From an uncultured Myxococcales bacterium (GTDB taxonomy: Bacteria; Myxococcota_A; UBA9042), in assembly GCA_903840165.1 (NCBI GenBank), contig CAIMEY010000121.1, forward strand, positions 68,738 to 132,737: 64,000 nt of DNA, in the 5' to 3' direction. The notes beneath the pieces are model-generated. The model was not told where the DNA came from and searched no databases. It saw only the letters and a program-made list of their open reading frames with translations. Each line of letters starts with the position of its first letter. Position 1 is the first letter of the stretch. Of this stretch, positions 10,259 through 19,654 are shown piece after piece. Both the position numbers and the translations under genes were made by a program.

Positions 10259-11506
10259 TCAGCCTTGAGCTGGATCCAGCCAATGCCCCATTCGATCGCG
10301 TTTTGTTTGTAAATACCGGATGTTATCAGCGGTAGGCTGCACAACGATGGGTTCGCGGCGGACAATCTGGATACCGAGCTGCCGCAAGGCCGTGATCTTG
10401 TGAGGATTATTGGTCAGCAAGGCGATTTCGGTCATGTCCAGGTCGCGCAGGATCTGGGCCGCCACGGCGTAGTCGCGCTCATCGGGTGCAAAGCCAAGCT
10501 GCAGATTGGCATCGACAGTATCGGAGCCCTGGTCCTGCAGTGCATAGGCGCGAATCTTTTGGACAAGTCCAATGCCCCGCCCTTCTTGGCGCAGGTAGAC
10601 GATGGCGCCATGGCCGTACTTGGCTATTCTCTCCATCGATTCAGCTAGTTGCGCGCCACAGTCGCAGCGGCGCGAATGCAAAATGTCGCCAGTCAGGCAC
10701 TGACTATGCAGGCGGACCAGAGGCACACTACCTACGGCCCGCTCGGGCGAATCGCGCAGCAGGGCGATGTGGCTCTCTCCATCAATATCGCTTTCATAAA
10801 TGCGGATTTGGAAGGGTCCCTGCTGCGTTTCGACAGGCCCCTCGGACACGACGTGGACCAGGCGCTCATGGTGCGTGCGGTAGGCGACGACCTGACTCAC
10901 GCGAACCATGGGCCAACCTCTTACCTCGCAAAAACGTTCCGCATTTTCCGGCAACAATGGGTCCAGACCGTCCAGCACGTGACTCACGGCCGCGCAAGGC
11001 TGCAATCCGGCTAGCAAAGTGAGGTCATGGGCCGCCTCAGGGCCATAGGCGCGCTCGAGGCAGCCGCGAATTGGCACCAAAATCGGCATGATATGGCCGG
11101 GTCGGACAAAGTCAGCAGCCGTTGCCGCCGGATCAGCCGCAAGCTGGACGGTCAATGAGCGGTCAGCGGCTGAAATTCCAGTGGAAGTACCACGCGCTGC
11201 TTCAATGCTGATGCCGTAGCGTGGCAGACTAGCGGGTGCTCGCTTGCGCTCCAAGGCTTGGCAATGCAAGGCATCGGCGCGGGCAAAGGTCATCGTCGCG
11301 CCGACAATCCCGCGGGCATGGGTCGCGAGTTCATTGACTACGGCGGCCGTGGCGTACTGCCCGGGCAATGCGGCAAAGACGCTGCCACCATCGGAGACAT
11401 CCTCGACCACGACGACTATTTTTCCCTGACGGACCGCGTGAAGGGCTCTTTCCACCGCCACATCGGCAGGGTCAGGCGGGGGCTGGATCTGAGAATCGCT
11501 GGACAA
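10259..11506 (-). CDS. ribA: RibBA-type fusion: intact GTP cyclohydrolase II with a degenerate DHBP synthase domain
   Basis: RLHSQCLTGD...RCDC, QEGRGIGL, DERDY, LLTNNP are present; the N-domain has TGISAADR and RPGH but lacks DDEDRENEGD. Confidence 0.88.
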   Translation of the reverse strand: MSSDSQIQPPPDPADVAVERALHAVRQGKIVVVVEDVSDGGSVFAALPGQYATAAVVNELATHARGIVGATMTFARADALHCQALERKRAPASLPRYGISIEAARGTSTGISAADRSLTVQLAADPAATAADFVRPGHIMPILVPIRGCLERAYGPEAAHDLTLLAGLQPCAAVSHVLDGLDPLLPENAERFCEVRGWPMVRVSQVVAYRTHHERLVHVVSEGPVETQQGPFQIRIYESDIDGESHIALLRDSPERAVGSVPLVRLHSQCLTGDILHSRRCDCGAQLAESMERIAKYGHGAIVYLRQEGRGIGLVQKIRAYALQDQGSDTVDANLQLGFAPDERDYAVAAQILRDLDMTEIALLTNNPHKITALRQLGIQIVRREPIVVQPTADNIRYLQTKRDRMGHWLDPAQG

Positions 11507-11604
11507 AGGAGCCTCCGGGGCGGCAGGGGCAGGTATTGTCCGCAGGCGGCTAGGGCAGTGTCAACCCGATGGCCGGTCATGGGCGCTCGAATCCTGGGAT
11601 ACGC

Positions 11605-11618
11605 ACTTGTATACAAGT
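11605..11618. promoter_or_regulatory. Perfect 14-bp palindrome ACTTGTATACAAGT, candidate GntR-family operator
   Basis: Intergenic, about 100 bp upstream of the ribBA start; the same core recurs at 43974-43983. Confidence 0.5.
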
Positions 11619-12129
11619 AGTTTAAGGGGGATGTGCAGTCAGCTTGGCGCGCGACACACGCCAAAAATCCGCAAGCCCCTGGGCCATCAGCTGCAGCGGC
11701 GCGATCGGCTGCGTTTGGCTGAGGCTTTCCGCCGCTCTGAGCCTCTGCTACCATTTGGCCCCCGCAGGATCGCCACGATTGTGTCGACGGTGGGCAAAAC
11801 CATTGAAGTTTCCATGCGTTCTCCCTTGTCCTCGCTGACAATCGCAGGGCGCCGCGGCGGGCATTCGGGCCTGCAGAACGATCAAGGTCAGGGTCAGCGT
11901 GTTCGCCAGGATTGGTCACCCTAGGCTGGCCTAGATCCCAGCATCCGCAGCAGCGAATGGCGGCGATCGAGTCCACGAACCGATTGAAATACAAGGAACT
12001 TACCCGCAACGTGCCTGCAAAAATTCCATCCATTTCGCCTGCTGCTCGCGCCTTGGCCCGGTCAGCGGACGGCCTTTGCGATGAATGGACCACCCCAGCA
12101 GGACCAGCCCCAAGCCAAGGTGTGCGTCG

Positions 12130-12876
12130 ATGAGCGGTCACAATAAATGGAGTACGATCAAGCACAAGAAGGGCAAAGCGGACGCCGTGCGCGGCCGAAT
12201 CTTCACCAAGCTGATCAAGGAAATCACCATCGCAGCGCGGCTCGGAGGCGGTGACGCCGCTGGCAATCCCCGCTTGCGCAAAGCGGTTTCGGACGCGCGG
12301 GCCAACAACATGCCCATCGAGAACATCGGGCGCGCGATCAAGAAGGGTACGGGCGAACTCGAGGGCGTGGCCTACGAGGAAGTCACCTACGAGGGCTATG
12401 GTCCCGGAGGTACGGCGATTTTGGTCGATGTCATGACCGACAATCGCAACCGATCGATCACCGATGTGCGCATCGTCTTCAACAAGATCGGTGGCAAGAT
12501 TGCCGAGCCCGGGGCTGTGTCGTACTTGTTCAGCACTGTCGGCCAAATCTTCATTGATAAGACCAAGATGGGCGAGGACGAGATGATGATGACGGCCCTG
12601 GACGCCGGTGCCTCCGACGTCAGCGATGACGGGGAACAATGGCTTATTACCACTGATTACGCAGACTTGTGGACCGTGCGCGAGAAGCTGGAAGGCCTGG
12701 GCCTAGTGGTGGCGGATTCCAAGATTGCCAAGGTGTCGTCGACCACCATCGAACTCAGCGGCAAGGATGCGGAACAGGCGATGCGGATTGTCGATGCGCT
12801 GGACGACTTGGACGACGTGCAAAACGTGTGGTCCAACTTCGACATCGACGACGAAACCGCCGCGCAGCTCAGTTAA
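12130..12876 (+). CDS. yebC: YebC/PmpR family protein
   Basis: MSGHNKWSTIKHKK, YEGYGPGG, TDNRNR, LDDVQNVWSN. Confidence 0.97.
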   Translation: MSGHNKWSTIKHKKGKADAVRGRIFTKLIKEITIAARLGGGDAAGNPRLRKAVSDARANNMPIENIGRAIKKGTGELEGVAYEEVTYEGYGPGGTAILVDVMTDNRNRSITDVRIVFNKIGGKIAEPGAVSYLFSTVGQIFIDKTKMGEDEMMMTALDAGASDVSDDGEQWLITTDYADLWTVREKLEGLGLVVADSKIAKVSSTTIELSGKDAEQAMRIVDALDDLDDVQNVWSNFDIDDETAAQLS

Positions 12877-13053
12877 CGCCTGAGGCGGAATCCCTGCGAC
12901 GCAGTCCTGCACCGGTTGGGGCGCGCCGGGCTGTTTGGAGTTATTTCAGGCAGTTTGACGCGCTGTTCTGTGCCACCATCGTTGTCACTGGACCTAGACC
13001 GAGCGCACCGGTCGATGACGAGCTCAGCTGTCCGGCGACGGCAGGAGTATCCC

Positions 13054-14007
13054 ATGAAAATGGTTGAGTTTTCGCGGACACGCACGGCATCCTGGTTGGG
13101 TCTGCTGACCGTCACGGCACTGGCGGCTCCGCTTTCGGGCTGCAAGGGCTGCGGGCAACCGCCTGCGCTGCCTGCACAAACGCCGGACAAGGCCGCCTCC
13201 CCGGGCAAGGTCGTGGCGCTGCCCAAGGCTGCGACCGAAACAGGCCTTCCTGCGGCCAATTCGCCCAGTGATTTACCCACTTATCCAGGACCACGTTCGG
13301 AGTCGGTGGACCATTACCGCATCACCACGGGCTTTGCCAACAACCAGGGCGAGCCCCTGCCCCAGCCGGTAGCCCTTGAGAAGAATCAGGTTTACGCCTC
13401 GGTGCTGGCTCCAGACGGCCATCCGATTGGTCAGCTGGATCGGTTAGAACGGGGTGATATGCATGGCTTTTTGCTCGCCCGAGACCTGCGCCAAGCCCTG
13501 TACGCCCGCGCCGATGGACCGGTCAAGTCGGGGGCCGACGCTCGACAGCTGAACTTTGAACCGCGTGAAGGCGGCGAACATGCCCTGATCACAGTGTTTC
13601 GCATCCCAGGCCAGAGGGCCCGCGCCGTTTCGGCCCCCGTGGCGATCAAAGGGGCGCTGCCGGAAGTGGTCGGTCCGGGCCTTGGCAGCCTGGGTAACCG
13701 CGCGAAAGCAGGGCACGATTTGCTGCAGATCAACACAGATCCCGTTGAGCCTGTCTTTGGCAAGCCGGTCCTGATCACGGCGCAGGATTTCGACGAAAAA
13801 GGGGCGATGCGCGGCGAGGTCGTTCTGCCCTTTGTCGTTATTTTCAATGACCAAATGGGGTGGGGCGAAGTCGTTGAGTGGCAAGCTGGGGGCAAAGGTG
13901 TCTGGACCCCTCCGCAAGCCGGCGATTTTCTTGTGCTTGCCCCGCCGACGCAGGGTTCCCAAGCCCTGACCTTCCGCTTGCATGTGGCACCGGCCAAGGC
14001 GCCGTAG
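13054..14007 (+). CDS. Hypothetical lipoprotein
   Basis: AGGAG RBS, hydrophobic leader ending LSGCKGC, then a beta-rich mature region. Confidence 0.7.
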   Translation: MKMVEFSRTRTASWLGLLTVTALAAPLSGCKGCGQPPALPAQTPDKAASPGKVVALPKAATETGLPAANSPSDLPTYPGPRSESVDHYRITTGFANNQGEPLPQPVALEKNQVYASVLAPDGHPIGQLDRLERGDMHGFLLARDLRQALYARADGPVKSGADARQLNFEPREGGEHALITVFRIPGQRARAVSAPVAIKGALPEVVGPGLGSLGNRAKAGHDLLQINTDPVEPVFGKPVLITAQDFDEKGAMRGEVVLPFVVIFNDQMGWGEVVEWQAGGKGVWTPPQAGDFLVLAPPTQGSQALTFRLHVAPAKAP

Positions 14008-14037
14008 GGCTTGGCGCAGCAAGGACATAGACGAACG

Positions 14038-15354
14038 ATGCAACCCTCTGAAAATCATGATGATTCTCTGTTCGACGACTTGGTCGCCCGCGGCCTGCTC
14101 TACCAGGTGACGGACCCTGCGCTGGCCAAGCAGGCCCTGCGCCGCAATGGCAACCTCGCGGTCTATATCGGTTTTGATCCGACCGCCTCGAGCCTGCACG
14201 TCGGTTCACTGTTACAAATCACGCTCTTGCGTCGCCTGCAGGATTGGGGACATCACCCCTTGGCGGTGGTAGGCGGTGGCACCGGGCTTATCGGCGATCC
14301 CAGCGGTAAGTCCGCAGAACGCAAGCTACTTGATCGACCCACCTTGGACGGCCATGTCGCGGCCATTCGCGCCCAGTTGAGTCAATTCCTGGACTTTGAC
14401 GCGGGCCGGGCCGAGTTGATCGACAACCACACGTGGCTGGGCGAAGTCAACTTGCTGGAATTCCTACGAGATATTGGCAAGCACTTTAGCGTCAACGCCA
14501 TGATCGCCCGCGATTCCGTGCGCACCCGGCTGGAGACCCGCGATCAGGGCATCAGCTTCACGGAATTTAGCTATATGCTCCTACAAGCATATGACTTTCT
14601 TGAGCTTTACCGTCGGCACAGCTGCCGCGCTCAGTTTGGCGGCTCCGATCAGTGGGGCAACATCGTTTCGGGCACCGACCTCATCGATCGCATGGCCGCG
14701 CCGAGCGACAGTCAACGCGCCTTTGGCCTGACGGTGCCTCTGATCACCATGAAATCGGGGCAGAAATTCGGCAAGACCGAAGAAGGCACCGTTTGGCTCG
14801 ACCCGCAACTAACTAGTCCCTATCGCTTTTACCAGTTTTGGCTCGGTGCCGATGATGAGGACGTGCTGCGTTGGCTTCCAGCCTTTTCCCTGAGACCTTT
14901 CGCGCAGTTGCAGCCTATTCTTGAGGAACAGCGCATTGCGCCTCACCTGCGTCCGGCGCAAAAGGCCTTGGCTGCGGAGCTGACCTCGCTGGTTCACGGC
15001 GCAGAGGCGTGCCAGCAAGTCCAAGCAGCAACAGCGGTTCTCTTTGGCGGCGACCCCAAGGACCTGAGCCTTGAGGCCCTGTCCATGCTGGAGGCCGAAC
15101 TGCCGACATTTCACGGGCAAGAACGTGAAATAACCTTGCAATCTCTGCTGGTTGGTTCCGAGCCAGGGCGCGCTTTTGCCAGCAATGGGGAAGCCCGTCG
15201 GGCCATGCAGGCCAACTCCGTCTCCATCAATGGCCATAAAATTGCAGGCGAATTAGCGTCATTGCTGCCGCCGGCGACTTTGCTGCACGACCGCTACGCC
15301 TTGATTCGCGTAGGCAAGAAGCAGTTTTTCCTTGCGATTTTGCCGCAGGCCTAG
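14038..15354 (+). CDS. tyrS: Tyrosyl-tRNA synthetase
   Basis: YIGFDPTASSLHVG (HIGH-like), IGDPSG, GGSDQWGNI, KFGKT, S4-like C-terminus. Confidence 0.97.
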   Translation: MQPSENHDDSLFDDLVARGLLYQVTDPALAKQALRRNGNLAVYIGFDPTASSLHVGSLLQITLLRRLQDWGHHPLAVVGGGTGLIGDPSGKSAERKLLDRPTLDGHVAAIRAQLSQFLDFDAGRAELIDNHTWLGEVNLLEFLRDIGKHFSVNAMIARDSVRTRLETRDQGISFTEFSYMLLQAYDFLELYRRHSCRAQFGGSDQWGNIVSGTDLIDRMAAPSDSQRAFGLTVPLITMKSGQKFGKTEEGTVWLDPQLTSPYRFYQFWLGADDEDVLRWLPAFSLRPFAQLQPILEEQRIAPHLRPAQKALAAELTSLVHGAEACQQVQAATAVLFGGDPKDLSLEALSMLEAELPTFHGQEREITLQSLLVGSEPGRAFASNGEARRAMQANSVSINGHKIAGELASLLPPATLLHDRYALIRVGKKQFFLAILPQA

Positions 15355-15402
15355 AGCCCAGACAGCTGGGGCCTCGCCCGACCGCCTAGGGGCACAGCGA
15401 AG

Positions 15403-16011
15403 ATGCCGGTGAACGACAAAGCTCCGTTAGAATGCGAGGTTCTGCGCGACCTGCTGAGACAGGCCTTGGCCGTGCCGCACCAGCTGATGGACCCGGGCGG
15501 CGATCGGCGTTCGGCGGTGCTCCTGCCCTTTGTCGTGCGACCGCGTGGGGTCCAGGTTGTGTTCGTGCGCAAGGGCAAACACCTAGCCAAGCACGCAGGA
15601 CAACTTGGTTTTCCCGGCGGAGGGCTTGAAATCGGTGAATCAGCTTTGCAGGCAGCGCTGCGCGAGGCTGAGGAAGAAATCGCCCTGCCCCGGCAATCTG
15701 TTGAAATTCTTGGACAACTCGACGACGATCGCACTTTTGCCACCACCTACCACATCGCGCCGCTGATCGGCTGGATCGCGCAGCCTCCCGCCATTTTTCA
15801 TTGTGATCCCGGTGAGATAGCTTCCGTGCACGAGGTCGACGCTTGGTCCGTCCTGCGCGCCGAACCGATGTCGTGGCTGGAATGGCGCATCCTGGGCGTC
15901 ACGCTACGGGCGCCCCGCTACCGCCTAGTCGATAGTCAGGGCGAGGCGCTGATTCTGTGGGGTGCCTCGGCGCGCATTGTGCGAAACCTGCAGGAACGCG
16001 CTGATTGGTAA
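15403..16011 (+). CDS. Nudix hydrolase, CoA pyrophosphatase type
   Basis: SAVLLP, HAGQLGFPGG, AALREAEEEI Nudix box, LWGASARI. Confidence 0.9.
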   Translation: MPVNDKAPLECEVLRDLLRQALAVPHQLMDPGGDRRSAVLLPFVVRPRGVQVVFVRKGKHLAKHAGQLGFPGGGLEIGESALQAALREAEEEIALPRQSVEILGQLDDDRTFATTYHIAPLIGWIAQPPAIFHCDPGEIASVHEVDAWSVLRAEPMSWLEWRILGVTLRAPRYRLVDSQGEALILWGASARIVRNLQERADW

Positions 16012-16143
16012 CGTATTTTCGACTTTCCCTAACGGGTGGAGCACGAGAACCGCCAACTGCGTCATGAGGGCTTGACGCAGCGTGTCATAGGCCGACAATG
16101 CAGGCTCAAGCTGCAGAATCGGTGGCGGCGGCAGAGGGCGAAA

Positions 16144-16821
16144 ATGGGCGAGACGCGGGTGATAAAGCGCTATGCAAATCGCAAGATGTATGACACTTCG
16201 CGCTCGTGCTATGTGACGCTGGAAGAAGTCGCGACCATGGTGCGCGACGGCCACGAAGTGCAAGTTATTGATAATAAAACGAAAGAAGACCTTACCGAAG
16301 TCACGCTGACCCAGGCCCTGCTGGACTCGGAGCGGCGAAACCGCGGGACGGTGCCCCTGCATGGGCTGCGACACCTCATCGCTTCTGGCAATGAATTCCT
16401 ACTCAAGCGCGTGACCGAGCCCGTGACGCGCGCGCGATCGGAGGCCGAGAAGTCGCTGGCGACCTGGAAGGATGAAGCCGGGCGAACGGTCCTCACGTGG
16501 AAGACCGAGGCTGAGAAGCGTGCGGAATCCTTGCTACATCGCACCAAGTTGGAAGGCGAGGAAGGGGGCGCTGCGGTCGACCCGCACTCTGGGCAGACGC
16601 TCAGTCACTTGGCGCAGCAGACCCACCGCGCCGTGGACGACTTTCAACACCGCATAGATGAAGGCATTCGTCACGCCGTGGCTGCGCTGGGCATTATTCG
16701 CGACGATGAAGCGTTGCACCAGTTGCGCATCCAGGTTGAAGCGTTGGAGGGGAGGCTTGCTGTCCTGGAAGGGCGCACAACGCCAAAGGAATCGCCAGAG
16801 GGTGCCGAACAAAAAGGCTGA
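16144..16821 (+). CDS. PhaR-like DNA-binding domain protein
   Basis: IKRYANRKMYDT..SCYVTL..V..MVRDG.EVQVIDNKTKEDLT N-terminal domain; coiled-coil C-terminus. Confidence 0.85.
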   Translation: MGETRVIKRYANRKMYDTSRSCYVTLEEVATMVRDGHEVQVIDNKTKEDLTEVTLTQALLDSERRNRGTVPLHGLRHLIASGNEFLLKRVTEPVTRARSEAEKSLATWKDEAGRTVLTWKTEAEKRAESLLHRTKLEGEEGGAAVDPHSGQTLSHLAQQTHRAVDDFQHRIDEGIRHAVAALGIIRDDEALHQLRIQVEALEGRLAVLEGRTTPKESPEGAEQKG

Positions 16822-16928
16822 GCGCGCGCGGGCCCTTGATTCGCAACTCGATTGGCGCGACGATCACGCCGCCGAGGGTGGCCAATGCCGGCCTTGCCCC
16901 GGGCGCTGACTGGATAATGAGGTAAACA

Positions 16929-17453
16929 ATGAACTGCAATATCAAACGATTGTGTGCGAGCACCCTGGCTAGCGTTGTGGCCCTGAGCCTGTGCGCCGTC
17001 GTGGTGCCGAGCGTGGCAGTGGCCAAAGGCAAGCCCGCGGAACCCAAAGCGGATGAGCCGGTGGTCGACGAGGACACCATTCCCGGTGAAGCCCATGTGG
17101 CGATGAAGGTTCAGTTCGTCAAGTTCACGGTCGACGGCAAAGAGTGGGAAAACTACGAATTCGTCGACGGTGCCAAGACTTTGATCGTCCGCGGCCTCAA
17201 TCGGGCCGACGACCACACCCTGGTGCTCACGCCCCGGGAATCGGGCTTTGACGCCTACTCGCTGACCTTGAAGACCGCGGATTTCAAGAAGACTGTGGTC
17301 AAATCCAAGGGCAATACCAAGACGTTGACCTTCAAGGCTGCGTACCACGTCGATTTTGCCAAGGGCGCCGACAAGAAACCCGACGAGAAGAAGCCCGACG
17401 AGAAGAAGCCGGATGACAAAAAGCCGGACGAGAAGAAGGGCGACGCCAAGTAG
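16929..17453 (+). CDS. Secreted hypothetical protein with a (KKPDE)n tail
   Basis: GAGG RBS, signal peptide, strongly biased codon usage, KKPD[E/D] x4 at the C-terminus. Confidence 0.8.
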   Translation: MNCNIKRLCASTLASVVALSLCAVVVPSVAVAKGKPAEPKADEPVVDEDTIPGEAHVAMKVQFVKFTVDGKEWENYEFVDGAKTLIVRGLNRADDHTLVLTPRESGFDAYSLTLKTADFKKTVVKSKGNTKTLTFKAAYHVDFAKGADKKPDEKKPDEKKPDDKKPDEKKGDAK

Positions 17454-17567
17454 GCCCAGGCGCAGTTAGGCAAAGCACCCGTATGCGTTGATGCTCTGCC
17501 ATTTTTGGGCACTGCAAAGCGCAGTTGGGTCCCGGGCCGATTTCTCAAAGTCCGTGCGGTAGGAGCC

Positions 17568-18686
17568 ATGAGCAACGACGCCTTGCAGCGTTTGGACGCC
17601 GTTCTACGGTTTGCCTCTGCGCGTAATATCAGCGATTTGCACATCAAGGCCTTGCAACGCCCGGTGTACCGCCGCCACGGCGCTTTGATTTCGCGCAAGG
17701 ACGAGCCCGCGTTTTCCGCCTCAGATTTGGAGGAGTTGCGCGACATTCTCCTGCCCAAGGCTTTGATCCCGGAGTTTAGTGCCCAAGGCGAAGCGACGTT
17801 CTGCTATGGCCTAGTCGGCGGCGGCCAATTCCGCATGACGGTGCTGCAACAGGCCGGAATTCCTGCGATCGCCGCGCGCGTGCTTGCCACCAAGGTGACC
17901 AATCTGCGCGAGCTGAACCTGCCGAAACACTTTGGCAATTGGGCCTTGGCACCTGGAGGCCTTGTGCTGATTGCGGGCGCGGCCGGCTCCGGGCGCAGTT
18001 CGCTGTGGGCGGCCTTGATCGACCACGTCAATACCTCGGCCCCGTCGACGCGGCACGTGCTGGCCCTGCAAAGTCCCATTGAGGCCAACTTTGACGATCG
18101 CGTCGCCTTTTTGCGCCAGCGGCAAATTGGCACAGATTGTCCTGACTTAGCAAGTGCTTTGCGCTCTGCGGCGCGCCTAGACTGCGATCTGGTTGCCATC
18201 GATGCTGTGGCACCCAGGTTGCTGGAACAGGCCTTGGACGTTGCGGATGCCGGGCCGACTGTGCTCATGGTGGTGCCGGGCACGGGGCCAATTGAAGCGC
18301 TGCGGCGGTTGCTCGACGACAGTGACCCTGTCCACCGCGAGGTGCTGCGTCAACGTTTGACAGGCCGCCTGCGGGCCGTCGTTTCGCAAACCCTGATTCC
18401 TACGCAGGATGGGCAGTCGCGCGTGCCTGCGGTCCAAGCCTTGGTGGCGACGGCACCGGTGCAGGAAGTGCTGCGCGGCGGCCACGACCTCGAGCTGCTG
18501 CGCAACGTCATGGAACAAGGGCGAGCCTGGGGAATGGTGACGATCGACCAGTCTCTGGCGGAGTTGGTGTCGGCCGGCCAGATTTCTTTGGAAGTTGGCC
18601 TGCAGTACGCGCACTCGCCGGAGCAAATGCGCAGTAAGATTGGCCATGTTCGCCCCGGTGCGACCGGCTTGACGGAGATTCTCTAG
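17568..18686 (+). CDS. PilT/PilU-family protein with degenerate ATPase motifs
   Basis: SDLHIK, GLVLIAGAAGSGRSS, SPIE, QRQIG.D, SQTLIP, GMVTIDQSL align to PilT; AGGAG RBS. Confidence 0.85.
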   Translation: MSNDALQRLDAVLRFASARNISDLHIKALQRPVYRRHGALISRKDEPAFSASDLEELRDILLPKALIPEFSAQGEATFCYGLVGGGQFRMTVLQQAGIPAIAARVLATKVTNLRELNLPKHFGNWALAPGGLVLIAGAAGSGRSSLWAALIDHVNTSAPSTRHVLALQSPIEANFDDRVAFLRQRQIGTDCPDLASALRSAARLDCDLVAIDAVAPRLLEQALDVADAGPTVLMVVPGTGPIEALRRLLDDSDPVHREVLRQRLTGRLRAVVSQTLIPTQDGQSRVPAVQALVATAPVQEVLRGGHDLELLRNVMEQGRAWGMVTIDQSLAELVSAGQISLEVGLQYAHSPEQMRSKIGHVRPGATGLTEIL

Positions 18687-18817
18687 CCGCCCCTTTTCGG
18701 CAAGAGACGGGAAACGACGCAGCAGGCTTGACCTCAGACGGGGTTTTGCACAGAATTCCGGCCCCTCGCGCGGCGACCTTTGCCGGTCCAACCGACGCGC
18801 CAACGCGGAGCTTGACC

Positions 18818-19591
18818 GTGGCCAAGACGACGAAAAAGACCGATGCCGTTGCCCCCAACTCGACGGGCGGCAGCGTAAACGACACACCTGAAATCAGTGT
18901 CGTAATCCCATGTTACAATGAAGAGGCCATCCTGTGGTCCTCGGCAGCGGAACTGCACGCAGGCCTCAAGGTGATAGGTCGCAGCTTTGAGATTCTCATC
19001 AGCGAGAACGGCAGCAAGGACGATACTCGGGCGATTGCCGAGAAATTGAGTCGCGCTTTCCCGGAGATCCGTGCCGTCACCTCCGACGAGCCCAACTACG
19101 GCAAGGCCCTGCGGCGCGGCATCGAATCGGCCCGTGGCCACTACGTGTTCTGTGACGAAATCGACTTGTGCGACCTGGACTTCTACCGCCGCGCATTGGT
19201 GATTCTCGACGAGGGGCGCGCCGACCTGGTCGTCGGGTCTAAGGCCCATCCGGATGCCAAGGACGAGCGGCCCATGACCCGGCGCGCGGCGACCATGGTG
19301 ATGAACGGTTTGCTCCGTGTTTTGCTGGGCTTTCACGGCACCGATACCCACGGTCTCAAGGCCTTTGTGCGTGAGAAGCTGGTGTTTACGGTCGACAAGT
19401 GCGTGGTCGACAAGGACCTTTTTGCCTCTGAACTGGTCGTCCGGGCGCAGCGCTACAAGGTGCGGATCACGGAAATTCCGATTCAAATTCATGAGAAACG
19501 TCCTCCCAGCATTCACTTGTTCAAGCGCGTACCCAATGTGCTGAAGAACTTGGCCAAGCTGGTGTACGTGGTGCGCATTGCCAACCGCTGA
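18818..19591 (+). CDS. Glycosyltransferase family 2
   Basis: ISVVIPCYNEE, ENGSKDDT, NYGKALRRG, TDTHGLKAF. Confidence 0.9.
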   Translation: MAKTTKKTDAVAPNSTGGSVNDTPEISVVIPCYNEEAILWSSAAELHAGLKVIGRSFEILISENGSKDDTRAIAEKLSRAFPEIRAVTSDEPNYGKALRRGIESARGHYVFCDEIDLCDLDFYRRALVILDEGRADLVVGSKAHPDAKDERPMTRRAATMVMNGLLRVLLGFHGTDTHGLKAFVREKLVFTVDKCVVDKDLFASELVVRAQRYKVRITEIPIQIHEKRPPSIHLFKRVPNVLKNLAKLVYVVRIANR

Positions 19592-19654
19592 TCGCGGCGA
19601 GCGCCTGGGATGCTAAGGCATCGAGCAAAGACAGAACAAAGACAGGGAGTTGCT

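Noticed and set aside
11507-12129. FMN riboswitch upstream of ribBA
   Set aside because: The conserved RFN segments (AGGGCGGGGTGAAATTCCC-like) were not found on the minus strand.
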